From NCBI GenBank assembly GCA_950097015.1, contig CATNEN010000037.1, positions 992,001-1,056,000 on the forward strand: a stretch of 64,000 bases of DNA, given 5' to 3'. Under the pieces are notes generated by a model, which worked only from the letters and a program-made list of their open reading frames with translations, was not told the DNA's origin and did no database searches. Source of the stretch: Macrostomum hystrix (lineage: Eukaryota > Animalia > Platyhelminthes). The translations under genes and the position numbers were made by a program. Below, one piece after another: positions 25,901 to 38,509 of this stretch. Each line of letters begins with the position of its first letter. The first letter of the stretch is position 1.

Positions 25901-28900
25901 ATCATTCCAAACCTTAATAATCATTCCAAACCTTAAGAATCATTCCAAACCTTAATAATCATTCTAAACCTTAATAATCATTCTAAACCTTAAGAATCAT
26001 TCCAAACCTTAAGAATCATTCCAAACCTTAATAATCATTCCAAACCTTAATAATCATTCTAAACCTTAATAATCATTCCAAACCTTAATAATCATTCTAA
26101 ACCTTAATAATCATTCTAAACCTTAAGAATCATTCCAAACCTTAATAATCATTCCAAACCTTAAGAATCATTCCAAACCTTAATAATCATTCCAAACCTT
26201 AAGAATCATTCCAAACCTTAATAATCATTCTAAACCTTAATAATCATTCTAAACCTTAAGAATCATTCCAAACCTTAAGAATCATTCCAAACCTTAATAA
26301 TCATTCCAAACCTTAATAATCATTCCAAACCTTAAGAATCATTCCAAACCTTAAGAATCATTCTAAACCTTAAGAATCATTCCAAACCTTAATAATCATT
26401 CCAAACCTTAATAATCATTCCAAACCTTAATAATCATTCCAAACCTTAATAATCATTCCAAACCTTAATAATCATTCCAAACCTTAAGAATCATTCCAAA
26501 CCTTAATAATCATTCCAAACCTTAAGAATCATTCCAAACCTTAATAATCATTCCAAACCTTAATAATCATTCCAAACCTTAATAATCATTCCAAACCTTA
26601 ATAATCATTCTAAACCTTAATAATCATTCCAAACCCTTTCCTGGGATTTCCCTGAACTGTGGTTTTTCTGGGATTTCCCTAGACTGGGGGTTTTCCTGTG
26701 ATTTCCCTATACTGGCGTTTTCCTAGGATTACCCTTAACTAGGTTATATCTCGTTGGTATTTCCTGTTAATTTTTTTGGCTTTGGCTAGTTTTTGCTTGC
26801 AATTGTTTCAAAGCATTGTTAGTTTATATGTTCTAATAAAGTTAATTGTCACAGTTGACCTGTTGCTAATTGCTATTCAAATTTAAATGAAAAATATTAC
26901 AAATTTCGCAGGTCGCCACTAACACGGAGACATCGAAGAATGTTGGCCACGCTATACTATATGAGATTGTGCTCACAATTATGGGCATTGAATCGGAGTC
27001 TGGCCTAAGGGTAAATTTATTTCTAGTCAGCACACGAGAGAAAATGCACTTACTACAAGTAGCATACCTAGATTTTTTTATTTTGCCTAAGCATTCGCAT
27101 ATCTTTTTGGTGTGGGTCTTTTCATGTACGCGCAACTAATCAAAAAAATTGATAATCCAGAAACACACAGCTCATATTTATTGATTTTGTTAATTCGATA
27201 TAGGTTGCTACCCAGACTGAATGTCGATATTTATCTGGACGGGCTGTGCTGCACGAATTGGCAACCACAATTTGCGGCTTGGGTTACTCCGCTGATCTCA
27301 GCTTAAGGGTTGATAGCTCAAATATTAACTGATTAATTGTTCGTTTGTTTTTAATTCGTTATGTTGCGCTTAATAATTAAGGTTTCATCTTCATCTTTCA
27401 TTGTTTTTTAAGGTTTTTATACATTCTCGTATTTTTTCAATCCGTTGAATTTAATGTGACTAGCATGACTTAATCCTGACTAAGTAGGGGGCACGGGCCA
27501 CCTTGAATTTGGGGACACGAGCCACCTTGGATTTTAAGGGGCATGGCCACCTTGGATTTAGGGGGCACGAGCCACCTTAGATTTGGGGACACGAGCCACC
27601 TTGGATTTAGGGGGCATGGCCACCTTGGATTTAGGGGGCACGAGCCACCTTAGATTTGGGGAGGCACAGCCACCTTGTATTTAGGGGGCACGAGCCACCT
27701 TAGATTTGGGGAGGCACGAGCCACCTTGGATTTGGGGGGGGCACGGCCACCTTGAATTGGGGAGGCACAGCCACCTTGGATTTGGGGGGGCACAGCCACC
27801 TTGAATTGGGGAGGCACGGCCACCTTGGATTTGGGGGGGCACGGCCACCTTGGATTTGGGGAGGCACGAGCCACCTTGGATTTAGGGGGCACGAGCCACC
27901 TTAGATTTGGGGAGGCACGAGCCACCTTGGATTTGGGGGGGGCACGGCCACCTTGAATTGGGGAGGCACAGCCACCTTGGATTTGGGGGGGCACAGCCAC
28001 CTTGAATTGGGGAGGCACGGCCACCTTGGATTTGGGGGGGCACGGCCACCTTGGATTTCGGGAGGCACGAGCCACCTTGGATTTAGGGGGCACGAGCCAC
28101 CTTAGATTTGGGGAGGCACGAGCCACCTTGGATTTGGGGGGGGCACGGCCACCTTGAATTGGGGAGGCACAGCCACCTTGGATTTGGGGGGGCACAGCCA
28201 CCTTGAATTGGGGAGGCACGGCCACCTTGGATTTGGGGGGGCACGGCCACCTTGGATTTCGGGAGGCACGAGCCACCTTGGATTTGGGGGCACGAGCCAC
28301 CTTGGATTTGGGGGCACGAGCCACCTTGGATTTAGGGCGCACGAGCCACCTTAGATTTGGGGAGGCACAGCCACCTTGGATTTAGGGGGCACGAGCCACC
28401 TTGGATTTAGGGGGCACGAGCCACCTTAGATTTGGGGAGGCACAGCCACCTTGGATTTAGGGGGCACGAGCCACCTTAGATTTGGGGAGGCACGAGCCAC
28501 CTTGGATTTAGGGGGGGCACGGCCACCTTGAATTGGGGAGGCACAGCCACCTTGGATTTGGGGGGGGCACTGCCACCTTGAATTGGGGAGGCACGGCCAC
28601 CTTGGATTTAGGGGGCACGGCCACCTTGGATTTGGGGGCACGGCCACCTTGGATTTGGGGGGGCACGGCCACCTTGGATTTCGGGTGGCACGAGCCACCT
28701 TGGATTTGGGGGCACGAGCCACCTTGGATTTAGGGGGCACGAGCCACCTTAGATTTGGGGAGGCACAGCCACCTTGGTTTTAAGGGGCACGAGCCACCTT
28801 GGATTTAGGGGTCACGAGCCACCTTAGATTTGGGGAGGCACAGCCACCTTGGATTTAGGGGGCACGAGCCACCTTAGATTTGGGGAGGCACGAGCCACCT

Positions 28901-31677
28901 TGAATTGGGGAGGCACATCCACCTTGGATTTGGGGGGGGCACGGCCACCTTGAATTGGGGAGGTACGGCCACCTTGGATTAGGGGGGGGGCACGGCCACC
29001 TTGAATTGGGGAGGCACGGCCACCTTGAATTGGGGAGGCACGGCCACCTTGAATTGGGGAGGCACGGCCACCTTGAATTGGGGAGGCACGGCCACCTTGA
29101 ATTGGGGAGGCACGGCCACCTTGAATTGGGGAGGCACGGCCACCTTGAATTGGGGAGGCACGGCCACCTTGAATTGGGGAGGCACAGCCACCTTGGATTT
29201 GGGGAGGGGGGGCACAGCCACCTTGAATTGGGGAGGCACGAGCCACCTTGAATTGGGGAGGCACAGCCACCTTGGATTTAGGGGGCCGCCACCTTGGATT
29301 TGGTGCGAGCTGACACCTTTTGTTTGTTTTTCTGCTCATTTTAACATTCATCAAATGTTACTAAATCTTGCCTAACCAATCGTGTCGTGTAATTAAACCT
29401 GCCAAGGTTCTCGCCGTTAACATACTGGGTCGTTTCCTACTCAACAACGACAAGAACATTCGCTATGTTGCTCTGAGCACCCTGCAGCGGGTGGTTCAAG
29501 CCGACTACAATGCCGTCCAGCGCCACCGAACCACCATAGTGGACTGCCTCCGCGACCAGGACATCAGTATTCGCCGCCGAGCTATGGAGCTCTGTTTCGT
29601 GCTCATCAATGCTCAAAATATTCGCGGCATGGCCAAAGAGATGCTTCAATTTGTTGCCGACTGCGATGTTGAATTCAAGGCCGATTGCTGCTCCAATTTG
29701 GCCATTGCGGCGGAGAGATTCGCGCCTAACAAGCGCTGGCACGTGGACACCCTGCTCAAACTGCTATCCACGGCTGGCAATCACGCACGCGACGACGTGG
29801 TTGTATCGCTGGTGCAGCTCATCAGTGAGCAGCCTTCATACCAGGCCTACGCTGTGCACCGCCTCGCCGAGGCCTGCTCAGACGATGCCACCCAGCAGCC
29901 GCTGGTTCAGGTGGCCTGCTGGTGCATCGGCGAATACGGCGACCTGCTGATGACCGACTGCTGCGCCGATGAGCTCGAAAGCTTTCACGTGAGACTCACG
30001 TTCCTTGATCCCAGTACCATAATCCCGCTGTCTATTCAGATTCCAATAATCTCACCGTCTATTGCGAGTCCGCTAATCCTGCAGTCTAATCCCAATCCAA
30101 TAATCCCACCCTCTATTGCGAGTCCGCTAATCCTACTTTTTAATCCCAATCTAGTAATCTCACCCTCCATTGTGAGTCCGCTAATCCTACTGTCTAATCC
30201 CAATCTAGTAATCTCAACCTCTATTGCGAGTCCGCTAATCCTACTGTCTAATCCCAATCCAATAATCCCGCCCTCTATTGCGAGTCCGCTAATCCTACTG
30301 TCTAATCCCAATCTAGTAATCTCACCCTCCATTGTGAGTCCGCTAATCCTACTGTCTAATCCCAATCTAGTAATCTCACCGTCTATTGCGAGTCCGCTAA
30401 TCCTACTGTCTAATCCCAATCTAGTAATCTCACCCTCTATTGCGAGTCCGCTAATCTTACTATCTAATCCCAATCTAGTAATCTCACCCTCTTTTGCGAG
30501 TCCGCTATTCCTCCGAAAGTCCAAAGTCCAATAAAAGTCCAACAAACCCTGCAGGCCCGCCAGCCCATGGAGGTGGTGCAGCTGCTGGAGCGGGCTCTGG
30601 TGTCCGGCGGCAGTCGTCCAGTAACAAAGCAGTTCGCCCTGACAGGCCTGATGAAGCTGTCAGCCCGGCTGTCGCACTGCCCGGAAGCTGTGAATCGGGT
30701 GCGCAGTCTCACTAGCAAATACTCGGCCAGCTGCGAGCTAGAGCTGCAGCAGCGGTCAGCGGAGTTTTGCGCCATCTTTCAGCATCACGAGAGCCTGCGG
30801 CCCGCTCTTCTAGAGCGAATGCCGGTGATGGAGGGACGCGCCGAGAGCGGTAGAGATCTGCCGGAGGATTCGCAGCAGCCACTGACAAAGCAGCCGCAGC
30901 AGGTGCCCCAGCAGCAGCAGCAGCAGCCGGATCTGATCGATGTTATCTTCGACTCGGGACCTTCGGGTAGCAATGCGACAGCAACAGCTCCGGATGCTCA
31001 ACTTGGCGGCGCAGTCGGAAGCCTGTTTGATTCGCTCATCAATCTGGGAATCGAACCTACGACAACTGCGCCGCCAACGCTTAGCAACGGCAATGCAGGG
31101 GCATTAATTGAGCAGCAGGGCGCCCTGCCATATATTACAGCCTTCGAGCAGCAGGCCGGCCTCTGCATCACAGTGCAGGGCACAAGGCCGCCTGGATCTG
31201 CCACGACTACATTAACTTTCCGCACTGTCAACTCGGGACCAGCTCACCTGACTAGCTACCTTCTCCAGGTGGCCGTGCCTAAAACCCTTCAACTGTCCAT
31301 CGCGCCTGCTTCGTCTGATTCTGTGCCACCTAACCAGGCTGACGCTGTCACCCAGGTGGCTCAGGTCACAAATCCCAACGGGGTGAGTTCGCAATCTTTT
31401 CGAATCTCCTACTTACTACTTTTATCAGAATAAAAGTATAAAGCACTACTTTTATCAGTAGCAACTAACTTAGCTTATAAGTTCAAATAAAAAGGAGAAT
31501 AAAATGTTCTTGTTTGTACTCATGGCAGTAGAGAATGAGCAATAAAACTGACGCATTTGTTTTCCACCTCAGGTCCAACTGAAACTGCGTCTGCGCATCA
31601 GCTATTCGCTGAATGGGAAGGCTGTCACGGAGACCAAGGATGTGGCTAATTTTCCGCCAGCCTACTGGCAGCAGTAG
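19904..31677 (+). CDS. AP1G1: AP-1 complex subunit gamma-1 (gamma-adaptin), 8 recovered coding exons, ~814 aa plus a short missing N-terminus
   Basis: Exons 19904-20480, 22551-22627, 24729-24824, 24902-24982, 26912-27010, 29407-29988, 30555-31382, 31573-31677, all GT-AG with matching phases. Near-identical to gamma-adaptin: RLRDLIR...[50 protein letters not shown]-terminal ear ending NFPPAYWQQ*. Start exon unresolved (weak candidate ATG 19043-19063, MSAFKVQ). Confidence 0.97.
20580..22410. repeat. Composite 30-bp minisatellite (AGTGAGTGTACATTTAGTGTG + variable 9-mer) with a ~654-bp higher-order duplication, AP1G1 intron
   Basis: 10-aa periodic ORFs; near-identical ORFs start at 20792 and 21446 (offset 654). 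Confidence 0.95.
22781..23820 (+). repeat. ~172-bp unique head + 19-bp array (AATCATTCCAAAACTTAAG), copy 1
   Basis: Head nearly identical to 25217-25388; array ~45 copies. Confidence 0.93.
25217..26635 (+). repeat. ~172-bp unique head + 19-bp array (AATCATTCCAAACCTTAAT/G), copy 2
   Basis: Same head and orientation as copy 1; flanked on both sides by a degenerate TTTTCCTGGGATTTCCCT repeat (25140-25205, 26636-26745). Confidence 0.93.
27490..29300. repeat. GC-rich ~21-23-bp minisatellite (GCCACCTTGGATTTGGGGGGGCAC and variants) with higher-order blocks, AP1G1 intron
   Basis: Direct periodicity, variable G-run length. Confidence 0.95.
30040..30510. repeat. 54-bp minisatellite (18-aa period [18 protein letters not shown]), ~8-9 copies, AP1G1 intron
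   Basis: CTATTGCGAGTCCG recurs at 30059, 30113...; explains the spurious tail of ORF 29368..30534. Confidence 0.93.
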
Positions 31678-32704
31678 TATGACATCCTATTGTTTACAAA
31701 AAAAATTGCGCAAAGGAACTTCACGAACAAGCAATTTATTCTAATACATATGTATTTAAAATCAATGATAAGCGACACAAAAATGGATGCTTAATTTGAA
31801 TTTTCGTTTAAATTTTTCGCAAAATTCATCTTTGCCCCACAGCCATCCAGTTCTAAATCCATTCTCTGTTCTCTCTAGCCCTCAATCTCCCACCTAATAT
31901 TCTAAGCAATGTGATTTACATTCCGAAGGCGCGCACACACGCACACAAAGTAATATCTGATTGTTTTTTGTCTTGCTTCACTTTTGTCGTACCGTGATTT
32001 AATAATTTATCTTCTAAAATGAAAAGTTATCATCGTGTTTTTCACTTTATTCTAAGAACTTGTCAAACAGGTTAGGGACTGTTATGTGCTTGGGATAAGA
32101 AGTACATATTTGTGCTACTCAGATAGTTTTGCCTGCCAATCTTATTGACTGATTTATATGCAGTTGTATGCGATATATATAATATATTACTATCACTTGT
32201 AGGTAGCTTTAAATACTATCGTATAATATTATATTTTCCTGTGCTATTGTGCTTGTCGCGTTTCAGTCTTGATGCTTCAGGTTCTTCTGATGTTCTCTTG
32301 ATTATATTATTTTTATTTTAATTAACGAAAAATAGTTCTTTAACAATAGTCCTGTGTTTTGCGTAGAAGGATTAGTGAATGATTTCTAGGCCTTAAATAT
32401 TTGATAATCAATATCCTGAATGAAAAACAATGATAGTAATCACAATGCTGTTTTGAATATATGATGTAAACACACCACGCGCTACTTCTCCGCGTAAGTA
32501 ACATAGATGCCTGTCCTTATTGTACCTGAAATGGTTTTATTGTTGTTACACTGCTATGATGTCTTGTTTAGTGAAATCTATTTTACCTTGGCGGTCAAGC
32601 TTGGTGTGTCTGCTTTGAAGCTTATTGTAACCAGTTGGCCTGATGACCGCTTCTCAACCAGTGCACTCTATAATTACTTTCATCCGTCTCCCACCTGCTT
32701 CCCT

Positions 32705-33215
32705 CCACTCTCATATCTGACTCCATCCACTCTCTTATCTGACTCCCTCCACTCTCTTATCTGACTCCCTCCACTATCTTATCTGACTCCCTCCACTCTC
32801 ATATCTGACTCCCTCCACTCTCATATCTGACTCCCTCCACTCTCATATCTGACTCCCTCCACTCTCTTATCTGACTCCCTCCACTCTCTTATCTGACTCC
32901 CTCCACTCTCTTATCTGACTCCCTCCACTCTCTTATCTGACTCCCTCCACTCTCTTATCTGACTCCCTCCACTCTCTTATCTGACTCCCTCCACTCTCTT
33001 ATCTGACTCCCTCCACTCTCTTATCTGACTCCCTCCACTCTCTTATCTGACTCCCTCCACTCTCTTATCTGACTCCCTCCACTCTCTTATCTGACTCCCT
33101 CCACTCTCTTATCTGACTCCCTCCACTCTCTTATCTGACTCCCTCCACTCTCTTATCTGACTCCCTCCACTCTCTTATCTGACTCCCTCCACTCTCTTAT
33201 CTGACTCCCTCCACT
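32705..33215. repeat. 22-bp minisatellite (ATCTGACTCCCTCCACTCTCTT), ~23 copies
   Basis: Direct periodicity; between AP1G1 and the zinc-finger gene. Confidence 0.96.
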
Positions 33216-33823
33216 CACCCACTTGTCTGTCTTCACTTTCTCCGTGATTTCGCAGTTGTCCTTCTTCCTTAAGTGCTTTAGCCGTCTTTTCTTTATATTT
33301 TAGTGTCATTAGATCACAAATATAATCTACCTTTTAATCTGATTTACATCCTTCATTTTCTTCACCACCAGTCAAATTTAGTTTTGCCGTGATTGATTTG
33401 TTATTGAATTAGCAAGTTTTACTAATGATCACTGTCCCTATGTTCTCTCTTTGCCTCCCGAGCCCGTTTTCTTCGCGGCTTTGTTGATCACCTAATTTAA
33501 TTTGATTGCGAAAATAAAAAGCGTTTAACATCTGCCTAACGCTTCAACTAATGGTTGATCTTTTGTCTTGGCTTTCTAAATCTTCAACATTGAAGCACAA
33601 AAAAGATTAGATACATTGACTTTCCGCAGAAATTTCTAACCGTTGGAAAACTATTTAGATTATTGCGGTATGATAATTGTTTCTAATTTTAGGTTTCTAC
33701 TACCAACCCTTCGATCAATAGAAAGGTGGGAGTCATAAGATTTTGCGGTGCCGCAATTAGTTATAATTAGTTTGTTATAATTGATTTACTAATTTACTCG
33801 TATGTCGTCTTAGGCCCCAAAAA

Positions 33824-34033
33824 CCTTTGATTGCTTTCTGGTTTTACCGCCGACCCTTTGATTATTAGACGCGCCGCCTAATTCTTAGACTATGCGGCGT
33901 CCGCCTTTGATGTTTGCAACTCGTCTCGGCCGCCATTGTTTTTCGAGTTTAGGCGCCACCTTTTTATGGCTAGACTTAATTTATTAGCTATTTTAATTGC
34001 TCATTTGAAGTCAACAGTCTTTAATCCTTTGAT
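33824..34033 (+). promoter_or_regulatory. Cluster of four TCF/LEF-type CCTTTGAT motifs with two GCCGCC Helper-like sites
   Basis: CCTTTGAT at 33824, 33855, 33904, 34026; GCCGCC at 33873 and 33929; ends 32 bp before the ATG at 34065. Confidence 0.55.
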
Positions 34034-34064
34034 GTTCGCACCTGATTGTCTGTCTAAGGCAGGC

Positions 34065-35818
34065 ATGTCTTTCCAGCAGCCGTTCGCAATGCAGTTCATC
34101 ACTGCCGACGGCGTGTCGCTGCTGCCGCACACCATCATAGCCGGCCCTCACGCCGAATATTTTCGCAAGGATAGCGCAGCTGCGGCCGCCGCGGCAGCCG
34201 CCGCCTGTCACCAGATGCCCGGCGGCGCCGGAGTCGGCTATCATCATCAGCTGGATGCCAAGTCCAGCCAGGCTGCTGCCATGGGGCCCGGCCAGCTGCT
34301 CGCCGCTCACCAGAGCCGCGCCCAGGACCTGTTCGCGGCGGCGCATGCGCACGCGCTGCCACAGGGCGGCGTCAAGATGCATCACCAGTATCATCATCCT
34401 CATCCTCATCATCATCCTGGCGCCGCTGCTGCTGCCGCTGCTGCCGCGGCGGCCGCTGGTCCTCTCAGCCTTCCGGCGCATTCGCTAATCATTCCAACCA
34501 CGGCGCAGCTGCTGCATCCGGGCTCTGCCCAAGCTGTGCCGCTGCATCATCAGCCGCATCAGCAGCCATTGCCGCATCAGCATCAGCATCACCAACAGCT
34601 GCAGCATCATCAGACGGTTAAGATGGAGGCCGCAGCCGCTGCCGCAGCCAAAGCGATTGCCGCCGGTGGAGTTGCCGATCATTCGCATCATTTGCAACAG
34701 GTGACTTTTTATGTGCTTTTATGAACCTGTTACACTACTGAAACAGTCTAAAGGCTCGGACTTTAAACAAAGTAGCCTCATACAACCCTGAGTAGACTCA
34801 GACAGCTCTCAGTAGACCCAAACAGCTATGAGTAGACTCAGGCAGCTATGAGTAGCACAGGCAGCTCTGAGTAGACTCAAACAGCTCTCAGTACCCTTAG
34901 CTAGCTCTGAGTAGACTTGGACAACCCTGAGTTGGCTCAGACAACTCTCTGTTAAGTATTCGCTTCTCTTGTTCTTATTTTCATTTTACATATTTACATA
35001 TACTTTAAACAACTGGTTAAACCTACGTCATCCTTCTTCAGGTCTGGGCGACTACGGTTCCAGATGTGAAAAATTCGACAAAGCTAGAAAATCATCATCA
35101 TCCACATCAGGCGCAGCAGCACCATCATCAGCAGCCGCAGCATCATCACACTCAACAGCCGCAGCAACAGCAGCAGCATCATCACACTCAACAGCCGCAG
35201 CAGCAGCAGCAGCATCATCACACTCAACAGCCGCAGCAACAGCAGCAACAGCCGCCGCAGCCGCAGGTGCTCTGTCCGACCTGCGGCAAAGGATTCGCTG
35301 ACAACGCCAAACTGAAGCGGCACATGTTGAATCATCAGGCCGCCGCTTCTGGCGTCACATTCGAATGCGAGATCTGCCAGAAGGCTTTCACTTCCAGCTA
35401 CAGGCTTCGTCGGCATTCCGTCACTCACAGTGACGCCAAGCCCTACGAGTGTTTAACCTGTCACAAGGCGTTCAGCCGCTCCTACAGCCTGACTACTCAC
35501 ATGAAGATTCACAGCGGGGTTAGAGATCACCGATGCCCGATGTGCGACAAGGCCTACAGCCGCACAGATCACCTGAAGCGGCACGTTATCCACAGCCACA
35601 CACCTGGAGGTGCGCCGAGTGCTCCAAAGCCTCCATCGGCTAAGAACTTCGTCTGCCCGGCCTGCCACAAAGCGTTCTCCGATTCTTCGCATCTTAGGCG
35701 GCACATGCGCACTCATCCGGGACTGGCACCTCCGCCGCCGCAGCATCAGCGGCAGCAGCAGCCACAACAACCGCAGCATCACGTGGTCCAACCACTGATG
35801 AAGCCGGTTCACCATTGA
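34065..35818 (+). CDS. C2H2 zinc-finger transcription factor, 5 fingers, poly-Ala/His/Gln N-terminus, 2 exons, ~470 aa
   Basis: Exons 34065-34700 and 35042-35818 (GT-AG, phase 0). Fingers CPTC..HMLNH, CEIC..HSVTH, CLTC..HMKIH, CPMC..HVIHSH, CPAC..HMRTH; THSDAKPY linker and SRTDHL recall MAZ/VEZF1-type fingers, orthology not established. Confidence 0.9.
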
Positions 35819-36269
35819 TTCCTGCAGTCTAAACCCGAGCGTCTATGGCCCAGAGAGTAACAGGAATGTGACCTAGGAGTGGAGTGAGCTCTTGGATTTA
35901 GTCCATCTTGATTGATTAAATGGCTTTTGCTCTATACTTATTTAGAGACTGGAATGTATTTTGTTTCATTGTCATTCTGAAAAATACCGAAATCTCTTCA
36001 AGCATTACTGATCATTCATTGTTTAGATGTTTGGCTTTTGTCTATAAAGTCTTCAATTTTCAAAGGTAATTTTTGTTTATCCGTTTTTTGTTTTCTACTG
36101 CTGCTGACCTGGCTTATTTTACCAGAATATTGAATTGAGAATTTCGCGTCTTTTGAATTTGTACATTTTTTACATTTTCTCTTGTGGCATGTGAGCTCAG
36201 AGGCTTCTTTGAAGATGTGCCTTCTTTTGAAGGCTTTCACAATGATCCGAGTTAAACTCAACCAGAACT

Positions 36270-36740
36270 CCATTTATCCCACTTCAGGATTTCTAAGACT
36301 CGATCCACCCACTTCAGTTCCCACCTCAGGATTCCAGGACTCGATCCACCCACTTCAGTTCCCACCTCAGGATTCCAGGACTCGATCCACCCACTTCAGT
36401 TCCCACCTCAGGATTCCAAGACTCGATCCACCCACTTCAGTTCCCACCTCAGGATTCCAGGACTCGATCCACCCACTTCAGTTCCCACCTCAGGATTCCA
36501 GGACTCGATCCACCCACTTCAGTTCCAACCTCAGGATTCCAAGACTCGATCCACCCACTTCAGTTCCCACCTCAGGATTCCAAGACTCGATCCACCCACT
36601 TCAGTTCCAACCTCAGGATTCCAAGACTCGATCCACCCACTTCAGTTCCCACCTCAGGATTCCAAGACTCGATCCACCCACTTCAGATCCCACCTCAGGA
36701 TTCCAAGACTCGATCCACCCACTTCCACTTGAGATCCCAA
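36270..36740. repeat. 41-bp minisatellite (CCCACCTCAGGATTCCAAGACTCGATCCACCCACTTCAGTT), ~11 copies
   Basis: 41-aa period across three units in ORF 36182..36793. Confidence 0.95.
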
Positions 36741-38509
36741 TTCAGATGCTAATTCTTGATGGCTTAGAACAATTAGCAAAGTCGCCTTTCTGATCCAAAA
36801 TGGAGCATTGCTAATCTCACAGTTTATATTGATATTATTCCTTTTTTAGAGTCGCCTTCGATTTTTTGCTGTATATAATTTCGTTTGTCTGCTAGAATAA
36901 ACAATTTTCCTCCAAGTTTTTAGCCATAATGATTAATGCTTTACCTGTTGAATAGGTTTACTGAAACTCTGGTGTGCAAACTCTATGATGCGATATTGAT
37001 TGATTTGTAAATTAGCACAAATCCCTAATCATCATAGTAGCATATTTAATCATCATATTTTCACTGTTTTTTTGTTTCATTTACAATGCTATGACCTATT
37101 TAACCATTGTGTTCTCAGCAGCTATTGTTTTAAACAAATAGATTTTAGAAAAAAACGTAGAACCACATGTGACTGACTCTAAATTTTGTACATGTCTATT
37201 GATTTTTGACCGCCTTAAACACCTATAAATTCATGCTTTGTTTATTTGTTTGCTTGTGTACCTGTTTAAAAGGCTCATAAATTGCTTAGCTAAATGATGT
37301 GCATGTAATTCTAAATTTAATAAATAGCTTCACATTTTCCTCTGTGGTGTTTGCGCGCTGTTTAGTTTTCTACTCCAAGTTTTACCCTCGAACTATATTC
37401 TGTTCTATTCAGCGCACGAATAATAATATCATGTCAAGGATATATTCTGTTGCTTCCTAACAGTCATTAAACATTGTTTTCTAGTTTTTTATCTAATCAA
37501 ACTGTACTTCCCCACTACAAGACAAGATGAAAAGTAGCGAAGCAACCAAATATACTTAATACATACACTCATATCTATACATATACATTTTCCTGAACTA
37601 GCTGCAGTTGGCATGCTCAGACAACTGTTTACCAGTTGTCTGTTGCCTACTTGATGTGACAGCATGCACTTTGCCAATGGGGTTAGTTACACTTTTCATT
37701 ACATTCGCCTGTCTTTTATTTGTGTCATTCGCTTGTCACTTGAAATCATCTATCCCTGCTGTCAGATCCTCCCCCTTTGGGAAATTCAGCGCGATAACTT
37801 CACACGATAACATTCCGATAAATTGTGTTTTTACGGGTTTGGAAGAGTCGGGTGGATATTCTAATTCTTACCCGATCATTTTTTGTGAATCGATTTTGAA
37901 AATCCTAGAACCAGAATCGACAAGAAACATGATATTTTCAAATTATCGCGTTTGTATCGGACACTTGCGCGATAACTTGGTCTGAATCAAGGATGTATGC
38001 CTATTGTATACTTGCCTGTCTATATCACTTCACTCGGAGTGTCTTCATTTTTCTCTATCTAATTTCTCTATCTAAAATCTACCTGAATCTTTTCTGTTGA
38101 TTAAAGCACCTGTTGAGGACTGATAAACTCTTATTGAGTCTAAATTAGCGAGTGGCAATACAGCCTCGCACCTGTTTGAGAGGAGTCTTGAGACGGCACA
38201 CTGGGGTGCTCGTAATGTGAGGCCTTGCCCACCCTCTGTGCACATATGTACAAGAGGTTTGACTCCCAGTGGCATGTAGTCGGTCGGGGTTTGCTTAGTG
38301 TATCAGATTCCTTTTTGTTTGGTACAGCTGGGTGTCTTAGACGGATACTGTGGCATGGTATCCAAAAGCTACTACCGGCCCAGTGTCTAAAGCAGTCTAT
38401 CTAGCATTCGGTAGAGCATGCTCCATTGGGTTGTCCAAAACGTTTGCAGTATTGCTGTTCATCAAAGGCGTTTGGCCAAAAGCCTCACAACTGTTGGGAA
38501 CTTATAAAG

